Assembly (NCBI RefSeq): GCF_001194135.2
Contig: NC_068984.1
Location: 126,526,260 to 126,590,259, forward strand
Direction of reading: 5' to 3'
Length of the DNA: 64,000 nucleotides
Source of the DNA: Octopus bimaculoides
Taxonomy: Eukaryota
The translations under genes and the position numbers were made by a program. Below the pieces are notes generated by a model, which did not search any database, was not told where the DNA came from, and saw only the letters and a list, made by a program, of their open reading frames with translations. This document shows, piece by piece, positions 12,600 through 24,269 of the stretch; position 1 is the stretch's first letter; each line of letters opens with the position of its first letter.

Positions 12600-12629
12600 C
12601 ACACATACACACACTTTTCAGCACCCCCT

Positions 12630-12671
<42 letters not shown>

Positions 12672-13520
12672 CAGTTTCAACACATGATCTCTATACATAG
12701 GCACATGCATAGCTGTGCGATTAAGAAGTGCACTTAGCAAACATTTGATTTTGGGTTCAGTCCCACTGTGCAGCCCATTGGGCAAGTGTCTTTTACTATA
12801 GTCCTGGGCCAACTCATGTTTAAGTAAAATGTAATTAATGCATTAAAATGTGTAATATACACTCGAGTTTGTGTACAGGCTGTGGGAAGATTTTTTGTTA
12901 CTTTTTTCTCTGAAAAAATGTGCATTTTATATGCCATCAAATATGCTAATTACTAAATATAATATTAATTAAATTCCTTGATGACAGTTGGTAATAGGCG
13001 GATACATGTTCAAGGACTGACTGTTTGATTTTGAGCATTGGACTTGTTTCTTTTAAAAACCATATATACTTGGAATTGCTTGTACAATTTTTTTTCTGGA
13101 TTGTTGAATAATAAAAGTGTTCCTAAAAAGCAAGTCTCGAAGCCAGTGTTGACCAAACTATTATAAGCCTTTAGAATATTATCTAGTAGCACCTTAGTGC
13201 AATACACTGAGATTTTTAAATGACAATTACCCTTAAGAGGACAGTTATTTGATGCAATGTAGAAGAAGAGACTAGATTGTTATTGAAAAGGATTTGGGAA
13301 TTGACTAACTGAGCTCACAAAATTTTTACTGCAAAAATAGCTTACTTTAGACAAATTCCTGTTTAATGTCTTATTATATTGATGATTCTTCAGAAAATGA
13401 AAAGGAATTAGATGTAAGAAATCTTTGGCAACATTTGATTACATTTAAACTGAGAAATAGATTATATTGATATAATATAATCTAGTTAGATTGCTATAAT
13501 CTAGTTTTATTGATATAACA

Positions 13521-14393
13521 TAATCTGGTGTCAAAAAGATCCCAGACTAATTCTGTAGTGCACCAACAGATGGCTGCAAATGGTTGCGTGCACAATGAGA
13601 GCTAGCTTGATCTTCATGAAGCAGTGTGCTGAGTGATGTTACTGTATTTACTTCGCAAGTTGTGAAAAATTGTGCTTGTGTGATCATGTGCATGCTGTAG
13701 TCTATGATTTTTGTCATGGACAGGAACAAAGTGTGTTAAACTTGGGAAGTCTGTTACAAAGACATTGAGCAAGCTTACAGCAATGAGGCAATGGGCCATA
13801 CCCAATGTTTCAAGTGGCATGTGTGCTTCAAAATCAGAAGAACATCCCTGGAAGACAATGAGTGATCTGGAAGAGCTACCATGAGCGTGACCCCCAAAAA
13901 TGTGGAGAATATTCATCAGCTTGTGCATGTGGATCGTTGGACAACTAATGACATTGCTGATGTTGTTGGTCTGTCATATGGGTCTGTGCAGGCAATCCTA
14001 ATGTCTGGATTCTTCACACTGACAATGCACCCTGTCATCAAGCTCTCCTTGCTCATGAGTTTCTCACCAAAAACAACATGGTATCACTTCTGCACCCACC
14101 TTATTCGCCAGATTTAGCACCTGTAGACTTCCATCTCTTCCTCATGATGAAAATGCAGCTCAAAGATTGCCATTTTAACACCATTGTCGAGATCAAGAGC
14201 TTATTGCAGAAGGTCCCCAACTTGCTTATGGAAAATGACTTCCAGGCTGGATTCCAAAAGTGGCAGGAACGCTAGGTCCGGTGTATTGCTGGGCAAGTGA
14301 TTATATCAAAGGAGATGATGTTAAAACTTAGGTAAATAAGTTATTTTTTAATTAAACATAACTAGTCTGGGAGTTCTTTGATTGCACCTTGTA
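13521..14393 (+). mobile_element. Internally deleted mariner (Tc1/mariner) transposon
   Basis: Remnants WILHTDNAPCHQA..HPPYSPDLAPVDFHLFLMMKMQLK (YSPDLAP motif) and an HTH region (SLEDNE..GR..SVTPKNVENI). Imperfect TIRs ..ggtgtcaaaaagatcccagactaa / ctagtctgggagttctttgattgcaccttgta. Confidence 0.9.
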
Positions 14394-15341
14394 TTTTGGT
14401 CTTGGAAACATTAAAATAGATTGTATTTTAACTGTAAAGTCACTATTGCATAGGATTTCGTTATAACAAGAATGATTAATGAATACAGCTTCTCATGAAG
14501 ATAATGAGGACACACATTTACTGATATTATGGATTAAGTTTCATTGAATATTTGGTGGGTGATTGAATTTCTTATTAATATAAAATAATCTTTCATTAGA
14601 TTGTTAGTAAGGACAAAATTTACTCATTTCAAAATTTCAGGTAATTTACAAAACTTATTCTAAATTTCATATTGATCCCAACTCATAAGCCTATTGCGCT
14701 AAATAATTTTATGTCCACTGCCCCCACCACCACCTAAATCTTTCTCATTCATGACTCTTCTTAATGTACAGGACTAAAAGCTCTAAATAAATCTCCTCAC
14801 AAGGTGGAAAATGTTTTCTGTTGAAGATCCAATATATAGATCCTACTAATTTCATTTTATCCCATTGTATGATTCTATGGAAACATCAAAACAATTTATC
14901 TCTCACCTTTTTTTTTAAGCGAGGACGAGTTATTGAAAAGAAAATGGGACTTTGTTGCATGCATAATTATCTCAATATCAAAATTTACTGATCTGTATAA
15001 TGCTCTTAGCAAAAGCTAAATTTTTGAGATGAAGTACTTTAGTACTGGAAGGGTAAACTTCTATTATATCGGATTTAGTAAATTTATAGTAGTTTTTGTC
15101 ATTAATACTGCTAAATCAATCTATTACAGACATATCACTGTTTCATAATTGGAGATAATTATGATTTTATTCTAAATATAATTGAATCTAAGTTATGTTT
15201 GCTAACTATGGTTAACTTAGTTTTAATGGGGTTATAAGAAAATTTAGCTTTCTGATCTTTAAAAGTTTACAAGAGGTGCACATGCAAATCATTCTCAGTT
15301 GACAGTTTTGAGTGACATTTGTCATTGGTTATAAACATTAG

Positions 15342-15531
15342 TTTCAAATTTTGGTACAAAGCCAGCGGTTTTGGAGGAGGGGTAAGTCAATGAAATTGAC
15401 CTCAGTGCTCAACAGTATTTCTGTCAACCCAGAAAAGCCAACCTGGGTGGAATTTCAACTCAGAACATGAAGACAGATGAAATACCACTAAGCATTTTTC
15501 CTGGTGTGCTAACAATTCTGTCAGCTTGCTA
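15342..15531 (-). mobile_element. tRNA-derived SINE, family B
   Basis: Homologous to 19944-20168. Confidence 0.75.
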
Positions 15532-16072
15532 TCTTTTTGGTTATGAACATTACTAAAACCCTTGAGTGTAGTTGTAAATGGACGGGTACAATAAAAGGCT
15601 CTCTACACATTTTTTTTAGAAACATGAGTAGCATTTAGTTGCTTGTCATTATTTCAGAACTCCAGTATTTTCACAAGACTGGCAAACCCCTGCAATTTCT
15701 CTCACATGTGTATCCCTTAGGGGTACACATATCTTGATTTGAGAAACTCTATTTTAAATAAATAACTTGAACAAAATGAGTGAAATTAGTTAAAATTTGA
15801 AGAGATATTTGAAGATGAATCTACTAAAGTATCGACAAACTGTACAATAGCAGACTTTTTCAGTTATTGCTTAGTCATCAGAAGAACATTGACAGATTCC
15901 ATGGCTCTTTTCATGACTTGAGAGACTGATGTAATGGAGGTAGGGTGTTAACCTCAGACTTCAGACCTGACTTTTATGCTTGCAGCAGAGTGAATTCTAA
16001 AGACACCTGAGGGACAAGAGGAGTGGTGATAGACCAGGTGATAGAATAAGCACCCCACTCCTATCTTGTATC

Positions 16073-16460
16073 TTTTATCTGTTACTTGTTTCAGCCATTG
16101 GACTGTGGCCATGCTGGGGCACTGCCTTGAAGGGTTTATTCAAATAAATTCGACCCCAGTATTTATCTTTTAAGTCTGGTATTTCTATAAATCTTTTTTT
16201 TTTTTTGCAAAACCACTAACCTATGGGGATGTAAACAAACCAGCACCAGTTTCAAGTAGTAGGGACAATTACAAACACACACACATACAAATACATATAC
16301 ACACAACAGTCTTCCACATAGTTTCTATCTACCAAATTCACTTGCAAGACATTGGCTGGTCTGAGGCTAAAATACACAACACTTGCCAAGGATGCCACAC
16401 AGTGGGACTGAACTCAAAACTATGTGGCTTCAAAGCTAGCTTTTTAACCACACAGCCATG
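16073..16460 (-). mobile_element. tRNA-derived SINE, family A
   Basis: Reverse complement of the 11819-12180 head and tail, with a (CA)n linker. Confidence 0.8.
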
Positions 16461-16694
16461 TTTTGCCTCTGTATATAGATGTACAAAAATGTGAACGTAA
16501 GAGTAGATATACATAATTAGGTCTTGTAGTACAGTATCAATATAAGAGAATAATATAAGAGACTTAGGCCCAGTTCCTTCTATAGTCTTATTATGTAGTG
16601 GCTTTTGTGTTGGCTTTGTATATGCCTGTACCAAAAGCATATTAAAGCATGCTATAATATGTCATATTTGCATTGTCATTTTGATGCTAGTTAT

Positions 16695-17020
16695 ATCTTT
16701 TATCTGTCATTGGACTGAGGCCATGCTGGGGCATTCCGTGAAGGGTTTTAGTTGCACAAATCAACCCCAGTACTTGTTTTATTTTTAAATATGGTTCTTA
16801 TTCTATCAGTCTCTTTTGCCAAACTGCTAAGTTATAGGAATGTAAGCAAATCATCACTGGTTATCAAGCAGTAGAAGCCCATGCATGCACAGACACACAA
16901 TTAATTCCCACACAGTTTCCAACTACCAAACTCACTCACAAGCCTGGGAGCTACAGTAGAAGACACTTGCTCTAGATGCCACACAGTTGTACAGTGAACT
17001 TCTTAACCACACAGCTATGC
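16695..17020 (-). mobile_element. tRNA-derived SINE, family A, diverged
   Basis: Same motifs (ggccatgctggggc..aaccccagtact..gtagaagacacttgc..ttaaccacacagc). Confidence 0.7.
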
Positions 17021-17024
17021 CAAT

Positions 17025-17240
17025 CCTTTAGTGTTTAAACCAGCCATATTCAGTCAAAAATATTCTACCTGCTTTATGTTGAAACTGGCCAGATCTGACT
17101 CCTGACACCCGTCCTACAATGTTAATCTAGAAATAAACTACACCATCATAAAAATCTCAAAGCTATGGGTTGCATGATTAATTCAAAACAATGTGAATAA
17201 ACAAGCATTGCATCAAACAGAATAATATGCGCGCTAAGGG
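17025..17240. mobile_element. piggyBac-type MITE (TTAA at right end), same family as 61159-61960
   Basis: cctttagtgtttaaacc..gcgctaagggttaa; the interior (ttcaaaacaatgtgaataaacaagcatt) matches 61890-61960. Confidence 0.65.
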
Positions 17241-17738
17241 TTAAAATATCAGTTGTCGTGTGTACCCCACTTTCAGAATAAGTACACTGCATCCTTACAT
17301 GTTGTAAAACTTGATGAAAAGTATTAAGGTTTGAACTTACGATTATAAATTTGGTAGCTTACCTCTACAGCATTGTGTTTTTAATTAAATTTGATTTAAA
17401 TGTTGGAAGTTGTCTTTCCCTGTTTTCCTTGATTAGAATTACTTATTAAGATCACGATTATATTTCTTGTCATTATTGTGGGTATAATTTTAATTAATAA
17501 TTTATTTTTGGCTTATTCATTAAATATGTTAGTATTCACTTTAGTGTTGGCAGCCTTTAGATGTGTGTGTGTGTGTTTACACACACACACACACATTTAT
17601 ATACACACACTCACACACACATACTCATACACATATGTATGTATGTGTGTTTTAGAAGTAGTATCAGGAAAACAGTAAGTGCCAAGTAGAATAAATATGG
17701 AAAAGTAGTCAAATATACCTCTTGCACACACACATACA

Positions 17739-17798
<60 letters not shown>

Positions 17799-17939
17799 TG
17801 TGTGTCATATATTACATGCATCATACATATCATATATATGTGTGTATATATGTATATATGACATGTATGTATATATGTATGGCTACAGATATTGCTACTA
17901 TTTCTAGCAACATCGATCCTGTTATTGGTAGTGGTGTGG

Positions 17940-18105
17940 TGAACAACTACCACCACCATCACCACCACCACCACCATCAATAGCAACAGCAAAAGCAACA
18001 ATGGTGATGATGATGATGATGATACCATTAGCGATACGTGTGCGATGATGTTCACATCGACAGTAACGAACACTGATGCTGACTGCGTTAGCGAATGCAA
18101 CATAA

Positions 18106-18139
<34 letters not shown>

Positions 18140-18160
18140 AGTGAATGCAATGATGATGAA
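17940..18160. repeat. (CAC)/(GAT) trinucleotide low-complexity tract
   Basis: Direct reading. Confidence 0.85.
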
Positions 18161-18503
18161 TTAATTAGAGTCTCAGTGCCAAATATTACAATAGGAATGA
18201 TTAGTTGCTGGCACCTTTGCCAAAATCTGTTGGCCATTCATTCAACTTGACAGTGTAAAACATTGATATCGGAAAAAAATACAAAGTGCAACGCAATACA
18301 TTGATTGACCCTTTTTATTGAATTACAAACAAACAAACATAATCACCTCTAGTTCCAAGGGCAGAGTGCCAAAATAACAGTCAATTTGAGATTTTTACCT
18401 TTCAGTTGTTCTAAGTTGGCTGGTCGATTTAACATGTCGTTTTGTTTAACACCGCCACCTGACCCCTTTGGAAGACCTTAGCTGAGTTCTGCTTTATACT
18501 GTA

Positions 18504-18895
18504 GGCACTGGTGTGGCTGTGTGGTAAGAAGCTTGCTTCCCTACCACATGGTTCCGGGTTCTGTCTCACCACATGGCACCTTGGGCAAGTGTCTTCTACC
18601 ATAGCTCCAGGCTGACCAAAGCATTGAAGCTATTTGGGAGATGGAAACTGAAAGAAGCATATTGTACGTGTGTGTGTGTGTTTTTGTGTTTGCTTCCTCA
18701 TTCCACTGCCTGAGAGCCAGTGTTGGTTTGTTTACATCCCCATAACTTAGCCACTCAGCAAAAGAGTTTGATGGAATAAGTACAGTACTTGGAAAAAATA
18801 TAAGTACTGGGGCTGATCTATTTGATTGAAACCCTTCAAGGCTGTGCCCCAGCATGGCCACAGTCCAACGAGAGAAACAAGTAATAGAAAAGAGT
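18504..18895 (+). mobile_element. tRNA-derived SINE, family A
   Basis: Full head plus tail with a (TG)n linker. Confidence 0.85.
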
Positions 18896-18925
18896 GCAAG
18901 CATTCTGACTAAGTCTCTTGCTTAA

Positions 18926-19146
18926 CCCTTTCGTTACTGTATTTATTTTGAGATGCCTTGTGTTTCTTTCAATTAATTTCAAATATAACAAAGAATTTAG
19001 TAAAATAACTTAGTCATCATTAAGCTAGTGTTAGGAACATAAATTTTGGCCAATTTTGGTGGAAGATTTTAATTTAAAACTTATGAAAACAAGACATTTG
19101 TACAACAGAGCCAGAGGCAGTTTCAGCCAGGTTGGTATCGAAAGGG
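18926..19146. mobile_element. piggyBac-type MITE, 221 bp, TTAA target-site duplication
   Basis: TTAA|ccctttcgttac ... gtatcgaaaggg|TTAA: 12-bp TIR with one mismatch. Confidence 0.88.
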
Positions 19147-19943
19147 TTAACGATGGCACCCAGTCTTCTTCCTGATAGTCTTAGAGGACCGGCAAAAAAG
19201 GGATTCAACATATTTTAACATGACTTTGTCATGGAAGCTAGCGTGTCTCAAAGTGGGTTCTTAGAAACTGCTGAGTTTCATGAAGAAACTATGGAGTTCT
19301 GTGAAACATGAGTATTAATGAAATTTGATAAAAATCTATTTTGTTAAAAAGCAGAGTTTTGGAATAGCCATCCCTACCTGATGTAAAAAGTTGTAATTTC
19401 TTGCAAAAAAAAAAAAAAGAAAAAGAAAGAAAGAAAGAAAGAAATTCTTTCAGAATTATAATTCCTGTTGTATGAAACACAGGAATACTAAAAAAGATAT
19501 ATATATATATATATAAAAGAAGGAAAAATCTTCTTTCTTATGATGTATAGGGCTGTTTCAAAATTCTGACTGTTAAAAATGGTTTATGCCTTTAAAAATA
19601 AGTTATGTTTTTTTTTTACAGGAATAAATTCTCTTTACATCATCATAACATCCTTGTGTTAATGTCTACATTTCCATGCTTGCATGGATTAAACAAAATT
19701 TGTTGAGGCAAATTTTCTTCAGCTGGATGCTTTTCCTGTTGCATGCCCTCACCAGTTACCAGGCAAGGTAATATTTCCCCTTGGCTGGACATGTTTTTGT
19801 GGAGGGCACCACTTGTATAACAATGATACTAGTTTACTACTATCACACTATGTTCGGACAAGTCATCATACATACACATGTATGTGTGCGTAGCGTACAT
19901 GTGTGGATGTGTGTGTGCATGGCAGGTTTCTTTTAGTTTCTTA

Positions 19944-20168
19944 TTTCTTTACTGCCCACAAGGGGCTACACACAGAGGGGACAAACAAGGACAGACAAAC
20001 GAATTAAGTTGATTATATCGATCCCAGTGCGTAACTGGTACTTATTTAATTGACCCCGAAAGGATGAAAAGCAAAGTCGACCTCGGCGGAATTTGAACTC
20101 AGAACATAACAGCAGACGAAATACCGCTAAGCATTTCGCCCAGCGTGCTAACATTTCTGCCAGCTTGC
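19944..20168 (-). mobile_element. tRNA-derived SINE, family B, well-preserved copy
   Basis: Minus strand agctggcagaaatgttagcacgctgggcgaaatgcttagcggtatttcg..gagttcaaattccgccgaggtcgac has A- and B-box-like motifs; CpG-rich, so probably young. Confidence 0.88.
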
Positions 20169-20360
20169 TGTCTTCATTTAGTTTCTATCTACCAAATCCA
20201 CTCACAAGGCTTAGGTCAGCCCAGTGATGCAGTACAATACACTTGTCCAGGTTACCATGAACCCAAAACTATGTGATTGAGAAATAAACTTTTTAACCAT
20301 GCCTCTGCCTATAACAATTTGGGTTTCCTTTAATGTTTTAATAAAGTTAGAGTAACAAGT

Positions 20361-20565
20361 ATTCTTTTCTCCTCTAAGCACAAGGTCCGAAATTTTTGTG
20401 GAGGGGGCCAGTCGATTAGATTGAACTCAATATGCAACTGGAAATTAATTTATCAACCCCAAAAGGATGAAAGGCAAAGTTGACCTTGGCAGAATTTGAA
20501 CTCAGAACATAAAGACGGATGAAATACCGCTAAGCATTTCACCCGGCATGCTAACATTTCTGTCA
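20361..20565 (-). mobile_element. tRNA-derived SINE, family B
   Basis: Homologous to 19944-20168. Confidence 0.8.
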
Positions 20566-21239
20566 AATATAAGCATAGGTGCCATGATTTTTGAAAGCTC
20601 ATAGAAAAATCATCACAAAATAAGTCTGGGAACTACTGAACCATAGAAATAGATACAAGAAAGTAATACTTGATCAAATGTGGTTTGTGTGTGCTACAAG
20701 TTTAATTAATTAGTGGAGTAATGACGTTGTGTAGTAAAATAAGCTGATTTTATTGTTATTTAGCCTCAAGTTAGCCTTGATTAAGTAGTGCTATGACTGG
20801 AGTTGTTCCACCTATGACCTCCCTGTCTTCTGTTCAGATTCTATGTATTTATGACCACATTATCCAATGTAATCTTCCTTTTTGTGATTTGAGGTAGATT
20901 TGGGTGCTATTTCAAGTAATTGGGTGACCCTGTAGAGGCTTCTCCTTTGGCACAGCATTGGTCAGGAATGTGATGTTGAGTGTAAGTGTGACTTAGTTTT
21001 GGTCATCTGAAAGGTGGTGTGTGCTTTTGGTCAGTAACGTGGAGTTGTGAAGTAGTATGAGGCATAATAGGCATTTCAGTGGTGTTGTGTTAGTGTGACT
21101 TGCTTTGGTCAGTTGAGTGGTGTTTTGTGGTAATGAGATCTGGTGTTGGTCAATTGAACAGTATTGTGAAATAATGAGATTTGGTAATTGTCAATAAGAT
21201 GATGTGTAGTATTGGGACCTGATAATGGGCATTTGGAGG

Positions 21240-21440
21240 ACAAACACAAAGACACACACATACATGCACACATACATACATTTGTGTGTGTGATGAGCTT
21301 CTTTCAGTTTTCATCTGCTAGATCCACTTAGAAGGATTTGGTCAGTCCAGGGCTATTGTAGAAGACACTCAAAGTGCTGTGCAGTGGGACTGAACCCAAG
21401 ACCACATGGTTGGAAAGGAAGCTTTTTAAACACACAGCAA
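21240..21440 (-). mobile_element. tRNA-derived SINE, family A (head half)
   Basis: ctttcagttttcatct..ctattgtagaagacact..gtgggactgaaccc..aaacacacagc. Confidence 0.75.
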
Positions 21441-22131
21441 TGCCAAAACATTGATTTCTTTTAGTATATGTCCAATAGATGCAGAGCAAAGGGAGTATTG
21501 GTTATTGAATCTATTTGGGTAGTTTATTGTTATTGGTTAAATTAAAAGTTGATATTGTTGTTTTGTCCCATGCGAGATTTTATCTCTAATCAAAAGAGCA
21601 TATTGATTTTTGAATCAACTTGAGTAGTTTATTGTTACTGGTCAAAAGAAAAGTTGTTGTTTTTATATAACCCCTGGTCACATCCGATTGAGCAGCAGAT
21701 GGATCCTTTAAAGCATACCAACTTTGACCATCTGTCGTTTTTCCTATGTGCAAAGAAGCCACAACCACATTATCTAACATGTTTTCTTTGTAGACAGTAG
21801 AATGTGCTTTGAAGTCAATTTAGTTGCTATTTGTTGCAGGTCTGAGCAACCTTGTGAAGCATTGATTCTCAGTCATTTTGACTTTGTGATACAGTAGAGA
21901 TTACATAAATAAATTTTTAAAAAAATGTTATTGGTACACTCCATGTGAAAAATTAAAGAAAATTGTTTTAAACTTTTTAGTTGTATGGTTAAGAAGGTTG
22001 GTTCCCTACCACATCATTTCGGGTTCAGTCCCACTGTGTAGCACCTTCGGCAAGTGTCTTTTACTATAGCCCCTGGCTGACCACTGCCTTGTAAGTGAAT
22101 TTGGTAGATAAAAATTGTTTTATTGTATATA

Positions 22132-22380
22132 TATAGTTAAAAATGTAAATAAAGTTGGAAATGGCACAGAAGTATATTTTAGAGAATGTTTAATAAAATA
22201 TAACCAGTTTCGATGTTTCCCTCTTATCAAATATTATAAGAGGTATACATTAAAATTAGTTATATTTTTTATTAAACATTCTCTAAAATATATTTCTGTG
22301 CCTTTTCCAAATTTATTTACTTTTTTAACTATAATTTTTGATTTGTATGGACTCTTAATCACTTTTCGACTATATATATA
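22132..22380. repeat. Foldback element (~80-bp arms) with decayed hammerhead-like core, TA-flanked
   Basis: Arms 22132-22210 and 22252-22333 are reverse complements with few mismatches. Minus strand 22235-22197 reads aatat-TTGATAA-gagg gaaa catc-GAAA-ctggt-t-atatt. Confidence 0.8.
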
Positions 22381-22396
22381 TATATATATATACATG

Positions 22397-23533
22397 CTAG
22401 CAGAAATATCCTATATTGCCCGGGTTAAAGAGAGTAATGACATTTTAAAATGCTGTCAAGATTATGCAGGTCTCAACTGCTAGAAGCTGAGATACCAACT
22501 TTCTACATTAATAACTCTCCAATCCATGCCAGCATGGAACAAAGACGTTAAATGAAATGTTAAAAGAAAGTTTTCAACTTATATATTTATACTTAAGTAA
22601 ATACACATAATTCAAAAACACGTTTTTGTGTAGCTTATTTTGTAACAAAAAAACAAGTACAGATTATAAACAATGAAAGGCCGATTTTGGTGATTCATTT
22701 GACAGAGGTAGGAGAGAGAGCCAATCTGATGATAAACCTGACCTGAGATCTTGAAAGTTTGTATGAATCCTGGCTCAGTTAAATCTCTTGTGGCTCCAAA
22801 TGATGTCATCTGTAGTGCAGCATTGAATTGTCAAATTTTGTTTTGGAAGTGTTTGGAATCTTGGTCAGTTGATGACAACAGTTTCTTCAATGTCTCTGAA
22901 GATTGGGGGATTGCAGGGTGTTTAACCTTTCCACCACTGCAGCACAGAGCAGGTGTCTCTCTAGGCCACTTCCTTGCTTTACAATGTATACACTCAGTTG
23001 TCATTGCACCAATGGAAACTCTAGTGTCATCTGCATAATGAACTGTTGGATCATAATTGAAAGCTGCTTCACAGACGTTGCTTCACTGAGCTGTTGCAAC
23101 TGCTCTTCATTCTGCAGTGGAGATCTTATTCCTTGTCAGCCATGCATACCTCTGTTCATCACTTTGAGATGCTCTGATTGTTGTAGTGCACAGTCTGTTC
23201 ATTTCTTGGTATGCTTTCCTTTCTACTGCTGTCTCTCTTTCCCTAGACAGAGACATTCTTTTGGCTGAATTTGACATTGTAGACAAATTTGACACTTTCC
23301 TTCCAGGCATGGTTATATATGTATACAGAAATACATGGGTGCAGAAGATAGTAAACAATGAAAATAACTAAGTAAAGGAAATTATATTTTTTAATATGAC
23401 AGGCAGAAATAAATATGAAATTTTTACAGAAAATACAGAATTGTACAGGTTAAAGTGAAATTTGTCAGTGAAGCAAAGAGCCAGTATCCAAGGAACCAGA
23501 AAAAAGATGCGGTTTTCTCTGTCTGTATTTTTG

Positions 23534-23535
<2 letters not shown>
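22397..23535 (-). mobile_element. Internally deleted Helitron (N-terminal RepHel remnant + 3' CTAG end)
   Basis: Minus strand MPGRKVSNLSTMSNSAKRMSLSRERET..SDEQR, CCSGGKVKHP..SKHFQNKI*QFNAALQMTSFGA..TFKISGQVYHQIGSL are Helitron RepHel N-terminal motifs. Ends in a decayed hairpin cccgggcaatatagg, then CTAG at 22400-22397. Both ends abut (TA)n. Confidence 0.88.
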
Positions 23536-23589
<54 letters not shown>

Positions 23590-23591
<2 letters not shown>

Positions 23592-23945
23592 TTGTTGTGG
23601 CCGATGCCAGTACCACCTGACTGACATCTGTGCTGGTGGCATGTAAAAAGCACCATTCGATCATGGTTGTTGCCAGTGCTGCCTGACTGGCTCCTGTGCC
23701 GGTGGCACGTAAGAAGACCATTCAAGCGTAGTTGATGCCAGTACTGCCTGACTGGCCCTCATGCTGGTGGCACGCAAAAAGCACTTATTACACTTTAGGA
23801 GTGGTTAGGCATTAGGTAGAGCATCTAGCTGTAGAAACCTTGCCAGATCAGATTGGAGCCTGGTACAGCCTTCTGGTTTGCCAGCCCTCAGTCAAACCGC
23901 CCAACCCATGACAGCATGGATGGTGGACGTTAAATGATCATGATG
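23590..23945 (+). mobile_element. RTE-3'UTR-related repeat (family C) with (ATG)n tail and internal tandem ggtggcacgtaaaaagcacc units
   Basis: ..gcatctagctgtagaaac..gtcaaaccgcccaacccatgacagcatgg..gacgttaaatgatcatgatgat is homologous to the reverse complement of 6275-6460. Confidence 0.75.
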
Positions 23946-24050
23946 ATATGTATATATGCACTCACAAATTCTGAAAAATATGCACACACACACACACACG
24001 CACGCACGCACGCACACACACACACACACACACACACCCACACACACACA

Positions 24051-24260
24051 CTGTCAAAGTTCTCTGGGTGATTCAGCATGACACAGAATTGGATAAGACT
24101 GGCCGTTTTGAATTACATGTACAACTCATTTTTGTCAGCTGAATGAACTGGGGCAATGTGAAATAAAGTGTCTTGCTGAAGGACATAATGTGCTGCTGAG
24201 AATTGAACTCATAACCTTACAGTCATGAGCTGAATATTGTATCCAGTAAGTCATGTGCCT
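24051..24260 (-). mobile_element. tRNA-derived SINE, family E (gtgtcttgctcaagga type)
   Basis: cagctgaatgaactggggcaatgtgaaataaagtgtcttgctgaagg..gaattgaactc..; similar copies at ~34345-34660, 39972-40250 (+) and 62880-63115. Confidence 0.7.
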
Positions 24261-24269
24261 TCATTGAGA

